A DNA stretch of 64,000 nt from Candidatus Bipolaricaulota bacterium (GCA_030606565.1 JAUWGE010000001.1:87740-151739); one strand, 5' to 3'; shown: positions 1 through 10,843, counted from the first letter of the stretch. Numbers and translations are program-made. Notes: a model not told the origin generated them from the sequence alone.

Positions 1-416
1 CCGATGAACCGGCCGATGGCGCGGATGTACCCACGCGCAACCCGCTCCACTTCTCCAACGGAGAGCTCCTTGGGATTGCATACGACACCGCCTTTTCCTC
101 CCCCGTAGGGGATGTCCACGACGGCGCACTTCCACGTCATCCACGCGGCGAGCGCCTTTACCGTGTCGATCGTCTCCTCGGGGTGAAAGCGGAGTCCGCC
201 CTTTGTAGGACCGCGTGCGTCGTTGTACTGCACGCGGAATCCGGTGAAAACCTTGCTCGTTCCATCGTCCATGCGCACGGGAAAGTGGACCTCGAGGGTT
301 CGCATCGGTTCGCGCAGGAGGGCGTGCACCTGCGGATCGAGGTTGAGCTTCTCCGCGGACTTGCCCAGCTGCCGCTGGGAGATCTCAAACGGGTTTAACG
401 TTGGAGCATCGGCCAT
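1..416 (-). CDS. gdhA: Glu/Leu/Phe/Val dehydrogenase (glutamate dehydrogenase), N-terminal part, runs off window
   Basis: Manual translation [17 protein letters not shown]...[23 protein letters not shown]...[18 protein letters not shown]; GGAGGT RBS upstream. Confidence 0.9.
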   Translation of the reverse strand, partial: MADAPTLNPFEISQRQLGKSAEKLNLDPQVHALLREPMRTLEVHFPVRMDDGTSKVFTGFRVQYNDARGPTKGGLRFHPEETIDTVKALAAWMTWKCAVVDIPYGGGKGGVVCNPKELSVGEVERVARGYIRAIGRFI

Positions 417-620
417 ATCTACGACCTCCTAAAGTCTGTGAGCGATAAACCGACCCAGAGTGGAGAAAAGGAATCACCGCCTCCACTCTCGACACAGCGA
501 CGTGATTATACAAAGGGGCCTAATCGATGTAAAGGTGTACACGCTTAAGTGTTCGCTGCATTCTACCCAAAAATTACATCAACCCAAGAACTGCATAGAG
601 CTAAACCGATCCGAACGCTC

Positions 621-712
621 TTAGGAAGCCAGGAGTCCAGGAACCAGACAGCTCTCAACGGTAGATTAGTTTCTTGAACTCAAAGACTTTCAGATTCTCC
701 TGGATTCCTTAT
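621..712. repeat. Short 8-bp-period imperfect inverted repeat (AGGAAGCC-AGGAGTCC-AGGAACC ... TCCTGGATTCCT)
   Basis: Seen directly in the gdhA-punA intergenic region. Confidence 0.45.
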
Positions 713-766
713 AGACTTTAATTCAGTGATTCTGATGTGTTTGTGAAGAATTGGAAAATCTGGGTT

Positions 767-1594
767 CTATAAACGGTCGATGATCGCCAGGAGAAGCCTC
801 CGCATCTCCTCTCCCACCCGGCGGGTGGTCTCGATCACTTCCTGGTGAGAGAGGCGCGCTTCGGGGTCCACCCCGGCGGCGAGGTTGGTGGCACAGGAGA
901 TCCCCAGCACCTCGAGCCCAGCGTGAACGGCAACAATCACCTCAGGGACGGTTGACATCCCTACAAGATCCGCCCCCAGGGCACGAAAGGCGCTGATCTC
1001 AGCCGGGGTCTCATAAGAGGGACCGCGCGTCGCCAGGTAGACCCCCTCCTTGAGATCGATACTTTCCTCGGTGGCCGCCTCCTTGGCAAGCGTGCGCAGC
1101 CGCGCACTGTAGGCGGCGGACATGTCAGGGAAGCGGGGCCCGAACCGCTCCAGGTTAGGACCGCTAAGCGGATTTTCTCCCAGCATGTTGATATGATCAC
1201 GGATTAAAACAAGGTCACCGGCCTCAAGATCGGGGCTGACCGCACCGGAGGCATTGGTAACGATAAGCGTCTTTATTCCAAGAAGGGCAAACAAGCGAGT
1301 AGCGAAGGTCACCTCGTCAAGGGAGTAACCCTCGTAGGTATGGATGCGACCACGCTGGACGAGAACCGGCTTACCGTGAACCTCTCCGGCCCAGAACTCC
1401 CCAGCGTGCCCAGCCACTGTGGGAAGCGGAAACCCGGGGATCTCTTCCCAAGGAATGCGCACTCCCTCACCGAAGGAGCCAACCGCCCCGGAAAGGCCCG
1501 AGCCAAGGACGAGGGCGATCATTGGACACTCCGGGAGTCTCGCTTTAAGCGCAGAGGCCCCTCTCTCCAGCTTCTCCAGTCTGCTATCGCTCAT
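767..1594 (-). CDS. punA: Purine-nucleoside phosphorylase
   Basis: VLGSGL, GRIHTYEG, GPSYETPAE, VGMSTVPE motifs. Confidence 0.95.
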   Translation of the reverse strand: MSDSRLEKLERGASALKARLPECPMIALVLGSGLSGAVGSFGEGVRIPWEEIPGFPLPTVAGHAGEFWAGEVHGKPVLVQRGRIHTYEGYSLDEVTFATRLFALLGIKTLIVTNASGAVSPDLEAGDLVLIRDHINMLGENPLSGPNLERFGPRFPDMSAAYSARLRTLAKEAATEESIDLKEGVYLATRGPSYETPAEISAFRALGADLVGMSTVPEVIVAVHAGLEVLGISCATNLAAGVDPEARLSHQEVIETTRRVGEEMRRLLLAIIDRL

Positions 1595-1611
1595 TTCTCC
1601 TCCTTAAGATC

Positions 1612-1739
1612 GATTTAGCGATTGAGTGACTTAATGATTGAGTGATTTAATTGTTTTTACCTTAATCTCCCGATCATTCAATCTTCCATTCACCCGATGA
1701 TCCGATCGCTCAATCATTCAATTGTTCAATCACTCAATT
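1612..1739. repeat. Octamer (GATTGAGT-like) tandem array in two inverted arms
   Basis: gatttagc gattgagt gacttaat gattgagt ... atcgctca atcattca attgttca atcactca. Confidence 0.75.
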
Positions 1740-1749
1740 TCTCCGCGTC

Positions 1750-3093
1750 TTACCCAAGAGAGAGGGCGTCCATTGCCTCTTCGATTGTCTCGATGGGGAT
1801 GACCTCGATCTTTGCCCGTGAGGAGAGTTTGACCTTCGCAGGGACGATTATCCGTTCATACCCCAGCTTCCCAGTCTCAGTTATCCGTTCGCGTAGCTTT
1901 TTCACCCCGCGGACCTCGCCTGAAAGACCGACCTCACCCACGAGGACAGTTTGAGCAGGAAGCGGGCGATCGCGCAAACTGGATACGATCGCGGCGATTA
2001 CCCCAAGGTCGACTGCTCGCTCTCGCGTTTCCAGCCCACCGGCAATGCTTAAATAGACATCGGCTCCACCGGTGTGAATCCCCAGCCTCCGCTCGATCAC
2101 AGCGAGCAGCAAAAGAACGCGATTGTAATCTAGCCCGCTACAACGGCGTTGCGGAACTCCGTAGCCGCCAGTAGGGGAAACGAGGGCTTGCAACTCGACC
2201 AAAATCGGCCGTGTTCCCTCGACGATTGGTACAACGACCGTTCCGGCGCGAGGCTCCGCCTTATGCTCCTCAAGGAAGAAACGCGATGGGTTAGTGATCT
2301 CCTTCAACCCGCTTGCCAGCATCTGAAAGACGGCGACCTCATTCGTCGCACCGAAACGGTTCTTCACCGAGCGCATGATCCGTACGTCTTCTCCTCGGCT
2401 CCCTTCGAGGTAGATCGCCACGTCGACCAGGTGCTCGATCGTTTTGGGGCCCGCAAAGGAACCCCCTTTTGTGATGTGCCCCACAAGAAAGGTCGCCATC
2501 TTCCGTGCCTTAGTCAGCCGAATCAGCTCAACACTTGTCTCGCGCAATTGTCGCAGGCTCCCCGGCTCCCCAGGGGCATTATCAGAGAGGGTTGTCTGGA
2601 TCGAGTCGACGATCAGTACGCAGGGATCGATCCGCTCCACCGCTTCCACAATACGAACGAGGGATTGCTCAGAGAGCACATACAGGTGGTCGTTTTCTAC
2701 ACCGAGTCGGCTCGCCCGCAGCTTGATCTGCGCCGCTGACTCCTCCCCGGAGACGTAAAGGACGTTTCCATACCGCTCGGCCAGGGATTGGGACAACTGT
2801 AAAAGGAGGGTCGACTTCCCGATACCCGGCTCGCCGCCGAACAGGACCACGCCACCAGGGATCAGCCCACCCCCCAACAGGCGGTCGATCTCTCCGATCC
2901 CGCAGGGCAAGCGCTTTACCTCTGTGAGATCTATCGCACTGATCGGCTTAAGATCCTCGCCGATCCAGGAGGAGGCGGTAGCTTCCTTCGCTTCTTTTCC
3001 CTCCTCCACAAACGTGTCCCACTCGCCGCAATTCGGACAGCGACCGAGCCACTTTATCGACTGATAGCCACAGTGGCCACAGCGGAAGGGCAC
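1750..3093 (-). CDS. radA: DNA repair protein RadA/Sms
   Basis: CxxC...CxxC zinc finger, GEPGIGKST, KNRFG; GTG start chosen just after the clpC stop. Confidence 0.95.
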   Translation of the reverse strand: MPFRCGHCGYQSIKWLGRCPNCGEWDTFVEEGKEAKEATASSWIGEDLKPISAIDLTEVKRLPCGIGEIDRLLGGGLIPGGVVLFGGEPGIGKSTLLLQLSQSLAERYGNVLYVSGEESAAQIKLRASRLGVENDHLYVLSEQSLVRIVEAVERIDPCVLIVDSIQTTLSDNAPGEPGSLRQLRETSVELIRLTKARKMATFLVGHITKGGSFAGPKTIEHLVDVAIYLEGSRGEDVRIMRSVKNRFGATNEVAVFQMLASGLKEITNPSRFFLEEHKAEPRAGTVVVPIVEGTRPILVELQALVSPTGGYGVPQRRCSGLDYNRVLLLLAVIERRLGIHTGGADVYLSIAGGLETRERAVDLGVIAAIVSSLRDRPLPAQTVLVGEVGLSGEVRGVKKLRERITETGKLGYERIIVPAKVKLSSRAKIEVIPIETIEEAMDALSLG

Positions 3094-3094
3094 C

Positions 3095-5512
3095 TCAATC
3101 GCCTCTGTTAAACTGTATCTCCTCTCCGTCCGCCGAGGCGACGACGGCGGAGCCGTGCTCGAAGGTCCCTTGCAGAATAAGCTCCGATATCGGGTTCTCA
3201 ATTAGTCGCTCAATAGTGCGGCGCATAGGCCGAGCCCCATACTTGGGGTCATACCCCTTCTCGATCAGAAGCTCGCTTGCCGACTCGTCCAGGGTAAGAG
3301 TGATTGCATGCTCCTCGCGCAGACGCCCTTTGAGCTCACCGAGCATCAATTCCGCAACCTGCCGCACCTGCTCCCGGGAGAGCTGATGGAAAACAATGAC
3401 GTCGTCGAGACGATTCAGAAACTCTGGCCGGAAAACCTTGCGCACCTGCCCCATCACTCGACCCTTCATCTCCTGATAGGACTCCTCAGAATCAACCTCC
3501 TGGTCGCTGAATCCAAGGGTGCCGCGATCGGTGATCAACTCGCTCCCCACATTGGAGGTCATGATGAGGACGCTGTTGCAGAAGTCAACGCGTCTTCCTT
3601 GCGAATCGGTGAGGATGCCGTCCTCCATCACCTGCAACAGGATGTTGAACACATCGCGGTGTGCCTTCTCAATCTCATCGAACAGAATCACTGAATAGGG
3701 ACGGCGCCTGACCTTTTCGGTCAGTTCACCGGCCTCGTCGTAGCCGACATAACCTGGAGGAGCACCGATGAGGCGTGAGACAGAGAAGCGCTCCATGTAC
3801 TCGGACATGTCAACACGGATCAGCGCGTCCTCATCACCGAACAGGAACTCGGCCAGGGTCTTGGAAAGCTCAGTCTTCCCCACCCCAGTTGGGCCGAGGA
3901 ATATGAACACTCCCACTGGACGCCGCGGGTTTTTTACCCCCGCGTAGGCGCGGCGAATCGAGCGAGAAACCGCCTTCACTGCATCGGCCTGGCCGACCAA
4001 ACGCCCATGGATCTTCTCTTCCATGTTCACCAGTCGGGCCGTCTCTTCCTCCTGAACGTGTCCAATGGGGACACCGGTCCACATGGAGACCACCCGTGCG
4101 ATATCTTTCCCAGTCGCCTGCAGATCACTCGCCTTAGAGGAGCTATCGCTCAGCTGTTCGATCTCGCGGGCCAATTCCTCCTTACGATCGCGCAGTCGCG
4201 CCGCGGCCTCGTACTCCTGCGCAGCGACCGCTTGGCGTTCCTGCTCGTCAAGACCATCCATCTGCACCATCAGCTCACGGAGATCATCCGGGAGAAGGGA
4301 GCTCTGGAGTTTGATCCTGGCCGCAGTTTCGTCGATCAGGTCAATCGCCTTGTCCGGGAGGAACTGGTCGGTGACGTAACGATCGGAGAGGCGAGCGGCT
4401 TGGTAAAGGGCATCGTCGGTGATCTTAACTCCATGGTGCTTCTCATAGTGAGGGCGGAGGCCCTTTAAGATCTTGACTGTTTCTTCTACTGACGGCTCCT
4501 CAACCAGAATCGTCTTGAAACGGCGTTTGAGCGCGGGATCTTTCTCAACCGACTTGCGGTACGCATCCAGGGTGGCAGTCCCGATACACTGGATGGCGCC
4601 TGAAGCGAGCGGAGGTTTTAAGATTGAAGAGGCGTCGATCGCCCCTTCGGCCCCGCCAGCGCCGACAACCGTCTGTAGTTCGTCGATAAACAGAATAATG
4701 TTCTCTGACCCCGTCACCTGGTTGATCAGGTTCTTCAACCGCTGCTCAAACTCCCCCCGGTACTTTGTCCCGGCGACGATTGAGGCCATGTCCAGTTCGA
4801 CGATCTCCTTAGAACGCAATAGAGATGGCACATCCCCACTTGCAATTCGCTGTGCCAACCCTTCGATGATGGCAGTCTTCCCCACGCCGGACTCGCCGAT
4901 AAGCGCGGGGTTGTTCTTCCTCCGGCGAGTGAGAGTCTGAATGACCCGCTCCATCTCCTCTTCCCGACCGATCACCGGGTCGAGCCGGCCAGCCTCGGCT
5001 TCCTCAATCAGGTTGCGGCCAAACTCGGAGAGATCCACCTTTGACGGCTGACGGCGGGAGGAACGAATTGCCATACCAATCCCCGCTGAAGGGAGGAAGT
5101 AGGCTCGTGTCTTGGTGAGGTCAATCCCTAAGTGAAGGAGGATTGCCGCACCGGTCCCTTCCCCATCGCGCAGCATCCCCATCAGTAGGTGCTCAGGCCG
5201 GATCGTATTCAGCCCGGCACGGCGCGCCTCCTCAAAGCTGATCTTCATCACGTGCTTCAGTCGCGGAGTGGGCTCAAGGTCATCGGCGGAGAGCTTCACC
5301 TCCCCACGCCCCTTCTCCCCTTCCAATAGGGACGCGACCTTGGGGTAGGTCGCCCCATGCGTGGTAAGAAAGCGATGAACGTCACTCCCTTTCATCCTTA
5401 AGAAAGCGAGCAAGAGATGTTCGGTCCCTACATAGCTGTGCCGCCACTCCTCGGCCTCTTCCTGAGAGATTGCAATGACCTCCATCGACTCGCGTGAGAA
5501 CCGATCGTACAT
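3095..5512 (-). CDS. clpC: ATP-dependent Clp protease ATP-binding subunit ClpC
   Basis: Clp-N repeats, two Walker A motifs (GESGVGKT, GPTGVGKT), UVR-like middle domain, LGF loop. Confidence 0.93.
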   Translation of the reverse strand: MYDRFSRESMEVIAISQEEAEEWRHSYVGTEHLLLAFLRMKGSDVHRFLTTHGATYPKVASLLEGEKGRGEVKLSADDLEPTPRLKHVMKISFEEARRAGLNTIRPEHLLMGMLRDGEGTGAAILLHLGIDLTKTRAYFLPSAGIGMAIRSSRRQPSKVDLSEFGRNLIEEAEAGRLDPVIGREEEMERVIQTLTRRRKNNPALIGESGVGKTAIIEGLAQRIASGDVPSLLRSKEIVELDMASIVAGTKYRGEFEQRLKNLINQVTGSENIILFIDELQTVVGAGGAEGAIDASSILKPPLASGAIQCIGTATLDAYRKSVEKDPALKRRFKTILVEEPSVEETVKILKGLRPHYEKHHGVKITDDALYQAARLSDRYVTDQFLPDKAIDLIDETAARIKLQSSLLPDDLRELMVQMDGLDEQERQAVAAQEYEAAARLRDRKEELAREIEQLSDSSSKASDLQATGKDIARVVSMWTGVPIGHVQEEETARLVNMEEKIHGRLVGQADAVKAVSRSIRRAYAGVKNPRRPVGVFIFLGPTGVGKTELSKTLAEFLFGDEDALIRVDMSEYMERFSVSRLIGAPPGYVGYDEAGELTEKVRRRPYSVILFDEIEKAHRDVFNILLQVMEDGILTDSQGRRVDFCNSVLIMTSNVGSELITDRGTLGFSDQEVDSEESYQEMKGRVMGQVRKVFRPEFLNRLDDVIVFHQLSREQVRQVAELMLGELKGRLREEHAITLTLDESASELLIEKGYDPKYGARPMRRTIERLIENPISELILQGTFEHGSAVVASADGEEIQFNRGD

Positions 5513-5540
5513 CGTCGCCTCCTGGGGCAAAATCTACGCT

Positions 5541-6143
5541 CTATGAATTATTGAGTGTACCCGTATTCCTCTCTGTGGCAACCTGTCGGTCGCTGCGGTT
5601 GAAACAGGTCATGACCGCGTTGATGTCCGAAGACCGAAAGGCCTCGATCACATCTACCGCCCTCTTTAGGAGCGGGAACAGCTTTTCCCACTCCCGGGGT
5701 GCAAATCGGTCAAGGACGTAGCTCACTGCACCGCACTCTCGGTGCTCAGCATCAATACCGATCCGCAGCCGCGGAATCTCCTCACTCCCGACCGCGGAAA
5801 GGATGGAGCGCATCCCCTTATGCGTTCCTGCACCTCCACCAGGAAGGACCCTCATCCTTCCGAGCGGGAAGTCAAGGTCATCGTAGACGACCAACGCGTT
5901 GTCAACAGGGATCTTGTAACTCTCTAGGACCGCCTTGACCGCCTCCCCGCTTGCGTTCATGTAGGTCATCGGCTTAACAAGGAAGAGATCCTCCGTGCGG
6001 TAGATAAGAGAGGAACAGGTGATACGTCCCTTCTCTTTGAGTCGGTGTACCTTTCGATATAGATCGATCACCTGAAAGCCAACGTTGTGGCGCGTAAGCG
6101 CGTATTTCAGTCCGGGGTTCCCCAACCCAAAGACGGCCTTCAA
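5541..6143 (-). CDS. pth: Peptidyl-tRNA hydrolase
   Basis: GLGNPG, TRHNVGF, KPMTYMNASG. Confidence 0.95.
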   Translation of the reverse strand: MKAVFGLGNPGLKYALTRHNVGFQVIDLYRKVHRLKEKGRITCSSLIYRTEDLFLVKPMTYMNASGEAVKAVLESYKIPVDNALVVYDDLDFPLGRMRVLPGGGAGTHKGMRSILSAVGSEEIPRLRIGIDAEHRECGAVSYVLDRFAPREWEKLFPLLKRAVDVIEAFRSSDINAVMTCFNRSDRQVATERNTGTLNNS

Positions 6144-6821
6144 TCAATCCTCTCTAGACGATTCGGCTCCCGTCTCTTCGGCAGTGGTCTCCTCGCCGAC
6201 CGGTCCCTCCTCCGCTGCGGCTTCCTCCTCAACTGCCTCTAGCTCCTCCTCCGCAGCTACAGGAACCTCCTCGGCACGACGCGGCGCAACGATCGTCACC
6301 AGAGCCCTCTCTGGTGCAAGGAGCGGTTCAACCTCACCGAAGTCAAGATCGCGTACCCTGATCGCCTCCCCCTGTCCAAGGTCGCCTATATCAATGGTGA
6401 TAAGGGCAGGGATATCCTTGGGTAAGCCATGCACCCGGACAGTACGAAATAGAACGTTCGATACCCCACCCTCCTTCACCCCTGGGGACTCGCCCACAAT
6501 CTTAATTGGGACGTGCAATTTGAGTGGATGACCGCTATCGGGGTGGTAAAAGTCCACATGAATCGGCTCATCAGTGATCGGGTCGTATTGAATCGCCTTG
6601 ATAAATACATCCAGTTTCTTCGCCTTCTTGCCGTCTTTAATTGAAAGATCGATACGTGAGCTGCGCGTAATCTTGGCAAAGAGAGATCGAAGGTTCTTAC
6701 GATCTATAACGATCGGTGTGCTGTTGACAGTCGGCCCGTAGATCACCGCAGGGACTAACCCCTCCCTACGGAGAGCGTTCGCTTTTCCTGAAGTCCGCGA
6801 CCGTGCTTTTAACGTCGTCAT
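6144..6821 (-). CDS. rplY: 50S ribosomal protein L25/Ctc
   Basis: LRREGLVPAVIYG, HVDFY, acidic tail; located between prs and pth. Confidence 0.95.
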   Translation of the reverse strand: MTTLKARSRTSGKANALRREGLVPAVIYGPTVNSTPIVIDRKNLRSLFAKITRSSRIDLSIKDGKKAKKLDVFIKAIQYDPITDEPIHVDFYHPDSGHPLKLHVPIKIVGESPGVKEGGVSNVLFRTVRVHGLPKDIPALITIDIGDLGQGEAIRVRDLDFGEVEPLLAPERALVTIVAPRRAEEVPVAAEEELEAVEEEAAAEEGPVGEETTAEETGAESSRED

Positions 6822-6834
6822 CTTAACTCCTAAT

Positions 6835-7791
6835 TTAGTAGTGCGGGAAGAGGTGACTCACCGACTTGTTTTCGAAAATCCACCGCACCGTCTTCGCCAG
6901 GTGCTCTCCAATAGAGATATAGTCAACAATCTCGCTCTTCGCCGCTTGTTCGTGCGAAATAGTATTTGTTACGACGACCTTTTTCAAGAGGGAATTTCCT
7001 AGGGCGCTGAGAGCGTCGCCAGAGAAGACTCCATGGGTACAGTAGGCGTCGACCTCGGTCGCATTGTGGTCAAACAGGGTCTGTGCCGCCCGGATTAAGG
7101 TCGCTCCGGAAGCGATGATATCATCAGCAAGAATGGCACGTTTACCTTCCACATCACCGATGACGTTTATCACCTCGATATCCGTTCCCTCTGGTGCTCG
7201 GCGCTTCTCCAGCACCGCGAGAGGAAGATTAAGCTGCTCGGCGAGCATACGAGCGCGGACCGTGCCGCCAACGTCGGGGGAGACGATGACCGTCTCATCG
7301 GAACCCGTGATCGTCTCATGAAAGTAGCGAGCAAAAATCTGATGAGGGACGAGGTTGTCAACCGGGATATTAAAGAACCCTTGGATCTGTCCAGCGTGCA
7401 AGTCCATGGTGAGGACGCGGTCTGCCCCGGCGGTCTCGATCAGGTTAGCAACAAGGCGAGCCGAGATTGGGACGCGCCCCGTGTCTTTCCGATCCTGGCG
7501 CGCGTAACCATAGTAGGGAATGACCGCGATAACCCTACGTGCTGAGGCGCGTCGCAGGGCATCTATGATGATTAGAAGTTCCATCAAGTGGTCGTTGACC
7601 GGCGGACAGGTCGGTTGAATAACAAACACATCGGCCCCACGAACCGTCTCGCGGATCCGCACTCGGATCTCTCCATCGCTGAACCGCTCGACAGCGGTAT
7701 CGCACAGGTTGATCCCTAAGGACGAGGAGATCTCCTGCGCCAGTGCCTTGTTGGCGTTTCCACTGATCAGTTTGAGTTCCCTGCCGGTCAT
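6835..7791 (-). CDS. prs: Ribose-phosphate pyrophosphokinase
   Basis: FSDGE, YYGYARQDRK, DLHAGQIQGFF. Confidence 0.97.
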   Translation of the reverse strand: MTGRELKLISGNANKALAQEISSSLGINLCDTAVERFSDGEIRVRIRETVRGADVFVIQPTCPPVNDHLMELLIIIDALRRASARRVIAVIPYYGYARQDRKDTGRVPISARLVANLIETAGADRVLTMDLHAGQIQGFFNIPVDNLVPHQIFARYFHETITGSDETVIVSPDVGGTVRARMLAEQLNLPLAVLEKRRAPEGTDIEVINVIGDVEGKRAILADDIIASGATLIRAAQTLFDHNATEVDAYCTHGVFSGDALSALGNSLLKKVVVTNTISHEQAAKSEIVDYISIGEHLAKTVRWIFENKSVSHLFPHY

Positions 7792-9155
7792 TTCTCCTTC
7801 TCCTTCTTGCGCTCCTTGTTCACCTGACGAGCGCGCCCCAGGGCGAGGGCTCCTGGCGGAACGTCCTGCGTGATGACCGAACCAGCACCGATTATCGCCC
7901 CCTCGCCGATCGTGATCGGAGCCACAAGGGAAGTGTTACTCCCAATGAACGCCCGATCACCGATCGTCGTGTGGTATTTCCTCTCTCCGTCGTAGTTGCA
8001 GGTAATCGTCCCTGCACCGATGTTCACTTCCTCACCCACCTCAGCATCACCGATGTAGGCGTGATGCCCAACCTTTGCCCCGCGCTTCACCCGCGAGGCT
8101 TTCACCTCCACGAAGTTGCCAATCCGCGCATCCGGCCCCACGTCCGCCCCGAGACGCAGGTGAGCGTACGGACCGACTGTGGTACCCGCTCGAATCCGTG
8201 CCCTCTCAATGACGGAGTACCAAACGCGACATCCCTCTTCCACACTCGAGTTATCGATCCATGTATTCGGGCCGAGCGTGCAGTTCTCACCGACCGTCGA
8301 ATCCCCACGCAAATGGGTTCCGGGAAAGATGATTGTATCAGCACCGACCGTTACCCCACTCTCGATATAAGTCCGCGCCGGATCGACGATTGTCACCCCT
8401 CCGGCCATCAACTCCTCCATTTTCTGAAGGCGCATCAGCCTATCGGCCACGGCTAACTCGGCACGAGAGTTGATCCCCATAACCCTCTGCGAATCCTCCA
8501 CCTCAACAGCGAGGACATGTCTCCCTGCCACCCGGTAGCGGTCAACCAAGTCGGTCAGATAGTACTCCCCCTGCGCGTTTGTGGTATTTAGAGAGGCGAG
8601 CGATTCCCATAAGAAATCATCATTTTGCACGCAGTAAATCCCAGTATTAACCTCGTGGATCTCAAGCTCTTCCGGGGTCGCGTCGCACGCCTCCACGATC
8701 TTGATTGGACGTTTGTTTCCATCGCGAAGCAGGCGGCCATAGGTTCCCGGCTCTTCAAGGACCATGGTCAGAACGCTGAGTTCCGCACTGTGCGCAACAT
8801 GACGAGTGAGGAGGTCTTGAAGGACCGCGGTAGAGAGTAAAGGAAGGTCACCAGGAACGATTAAGATCGTCTCGCCGTAAGCCCGTCCCTTCGCTTGCAG
8901 AACGGCATGACCTGTGCCAAGCTGCTCTTTTTGCTCGACAAACTCAACGAGTTCGCCACCCAACTCAGCCCACGCCTCGTTAGCGCAGTTGCTAACCACA
9001 ATAAGGATCTGGCCAGGGTCAATCCCTTTAACGGCCCGAAGGGCATAGCTTAAGATTGGCCGGTCACAGACACGGTGAAGCACCTTAGCCCGCCTCGATC
9101 GCATGCGGCTCCCCTTGCCAGCTGCCAAGATAATTGTAGTCAAACCATATGCCAT
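7788..9155 (-). CDS. glmU: Bifunctional UDP-GlcNAc pyrophosphorylase/glucosamine-1-P N-acetyltransferase
   Basis: LAAGKGSRM, QLGTGHA, hexapeptide repeats, NIGAGTITCNYDG. Confidence 0.97.
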   Translation of the reverse strand: MAYGLTTIILAAGKGSRMRSRRAKVLHRVCDRPILSYALRAVKGIDPGQILIVVSNCANEAWAELGGELVEFVEQKEQLGTGHAVLQAKGRAYGETILIVPGDLPLLSTAVLQDLLTRHVAHSAELSVLTMVLEEPGTYGRLLRDGNKRPIKIVEACDATPEELEIHEVNTGIYCVQNDDFLWESLASLNTTNAQGEYYLTDLVDRYRVAGRHVLAVEVEDSQRVMGINSRAELAVADRLMRLQKMEELMAGGVTIVDPARTYIESGVTVGADTIIFPGTHLRGDSTVGENCTLGPNTWIDNSSVEEGCRVWYSVIERARIRAGTTVGPYAHLRLGADVGPDARIGNFVEVKASRVKRGAKVGHHAYIGDAEVGEEVNIGAGTITCNYDGERKYHTTIGDRAFIGSNTSLVAPITIGEGAIIGAGSVITQDVPPGALALGRARQVNKERKKEKEK

Positions 9156-9274
9156 CAAGCACCCGCAAGAATGATACGCTAGAAGTGGGAAATTGGTCAA
9201 CCCAATACTGGTTGCGAGGGCAAGACTCACATCGGTATACTTCGCAAGAAAACTTCTAAATGACGAGGTGGACG

Positions 9275-10261
9275 ATGGCGACTAGGATCTTTTCCGGGAT
9301 TCAACCGACCGGAACGTTACACATCGGAAACTACTTTGGGGCGATCCGAAACTGGGCCGCGCTACAGGCCGATCATGACTGTGTCTACTGCATCGTTGAC
9401 TACCACGCGATCACGATCGATATCGACCCGAAGGCATTGCGCGCCGCGTCGCGCGCGATGGCGCTTGACTTAATGGCCTGCGGCATCGACCCTGAAAGGT
9501 CGATACTGTTTATCCAATCGTCAGTTCCTGAGCACGCTGAGCTTGCCTGGATCCTCGGCTGCGTCACCTCCTACGGCGACCTAGCACGGATGACCCAGTT
9601 TAAGGAGAAATCCGCGGGGAGGAAGTTCATCTCGGCGGGGCTGTTCAACTATCCGATCCTACAGGCGGCGGACATCCTCCTCTACAGAACGCAGGGGGTT
9701 CCTGTGGGCGAGGATCAGGTCCAGCACCTCGAGCTTTCCCGGCGGATAGCACGACGGTTCAACGTTCGCTTCGGCGAGTTCTTCCCTGAACCTGAGCCGA
9801 TTGTGGGAAAGGGGGCGCGGGTCATGTCACTCGCCGATCCGACGCAGAAGATGAGCGCAAGCGCGGGTGAGGCAAACACCATCGGAGTGATGGAAGAGGA
9901 GTCCTCGATCCGCGAGAAGGTCCGCTCCGCTGTCACCGACACCGGCCTTGTCGCCGGAGAGAAAATGTCGCCTGGGGTCGCCAATCTGTTTGAGATCCTC
10001 GAGCTGTCTACCGCACTATCGGGCGATTCGGCGATCGTTGTGGAACTGCGCGCCGACTTCAAGGCGGGAAAGCTCATGTACTCTCGCTTGAAAGAGGTCG
10101 TCTTCGAGAACCTGATGGAGGTCCTGCGCCCGATAAAGCAGCACCGCGCCGAGCTCGAAGCCTCCGGGAAAGTGGAGGAAATCCTCGCTGAGGGAACGAA
10201 GAAGGCCGGCGCGATCGCGCGGGAGAACATCACCCGCGTGCGGGAGATGGTAGGACTTTAG
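9275..10261 (+). CDS. trpS: Tryptophan--tRNA ligase
   Basis: SGIQPTG, HIGNY, VPVGEDQ, KMSAS. Confidence 0.96.
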   Translation: MATRIFSGIQPTGTLHIGNYFGAIRNWAALQADHDCVYCIVDYHAITIDIDPKALRAASRAMALDLMACGIDPERSILFIQSSVPEHAELAWILGCVTSYGDLARMTQFKEKSAGRKFISAGLFNYPILQAADILLYRTQGVPVGEDQVQHLELSRRIARRFNVRFGEFFPEPEPIVGKGARVMSLADPTQKMSASAGEANTIGVMEEESSIREKVRSAVTDTGLVAGEKMSPGVANLFEILELSTALSGDSAIVVELRADFKAGKLMYSRLKEVVFENLMEVLRPIKQHRAELEASGKVEEILAEGTKKAGAIARENITRVREMVGL

Positions 10262-10350
10262 CTATCAGCTCTCAGCGTTCAGCTTTCGTAGCGTCGTACC
10301 TTGTGTGCGACGTAACCGAACGTCGAGGTAAACCTCTGAACGTCGGGAAT
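10261..10350. repeat. TCAGC-type heptamer tract plus GTAG-REP-like palindrome; related copy at 10950-11052
   Basis: gctatcagc...ctcagc...tttcGTAGCGTCG..acc.tgtgtgc and ctctgaacgtcggg occur on both sides of hicBA. Confidence 0.7.
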
Positions 10351-10381
10351 GAGCCTGGCGCTGCCACAGATAAACCGTAGC

Positions 10382-10597
10382 TTAAGCTGCGTCCCATTTC
10401 TCGTCGCTAATACCTGCCTGCCTAAGAATCTCCTTTAACAAGCTTACGCTGATTTCCCCACTTCCATGTGGATTTGGAATGCGAATTTTGTGCTCTTCTT
10501 TTATCATAAACTGATGTTTACCGCCGGAGAACGGACCTTCGTACCCTAAAGCTTTGAACTTGCGGATCAAGTCTTTGCGTGAAGTGCTGACAAGCAT
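10382..10597 (-). CDS. hicA: HicA-family toxin
   Basis: GGKHQFM, IPNPH, 71 aa, adjacent to hicB. Confidence 0.85.
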   Translation of the reverse strand: MLVSTSRKDLIRKFKALGYEGPFSGGKHQFMIKEEHKIRIPNPHGSGEISVSLLKEILRQAGISDEKWDAA

Positions 10598-10843
10598 TTA
10601 GGTGCCGGCTACTTCGGCGATCTTTATCTTGATTCCATTAATTACAGGGATGGGGTCGTTGTCCCTCAGCTTCAAAAGCACCCATTCTTCAAGGACCTCC
10701 GAGAGCTCCTTTCGACATCTTTCCACCGTAGGCCCATTAGCCCATACTCCCTGGAACCCCGGAATCTCGGCGAACCAGGTCTGATCGTCCAACCTCTTGT
10801 ATTCAGCTTTCTCGAGCGCTTTTTCTATGTACTGATTCAGCAT
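10598..10843 (-). CDS. hicB: HicB-family antitoxin (short form)
   Basis: AEIPGFQGVWANGPTVE...L.EVLEEW. Confidence 0.85.
   Translation of the reverse strand: MLNQYIEKALEKAEYKRLDDQTWFAEIPGFQGVWANGPTVERCRKELSEVLEEWVLLKLRDNDPIPVINGIKIKIAEVAGT

Noticed and set aside
1612-1739. CRISPR array in the periodic repeats (also 27325-27463)
   Set aside because: The period is 8 bp with no unique spacers, and there are no cas genes.
3094-3201. N-terminal extension of RadA overlapping clpC
   Set aside because: Artefact of longest-ORF calling; GTG at 3093 gives the normal zinc-finger start.
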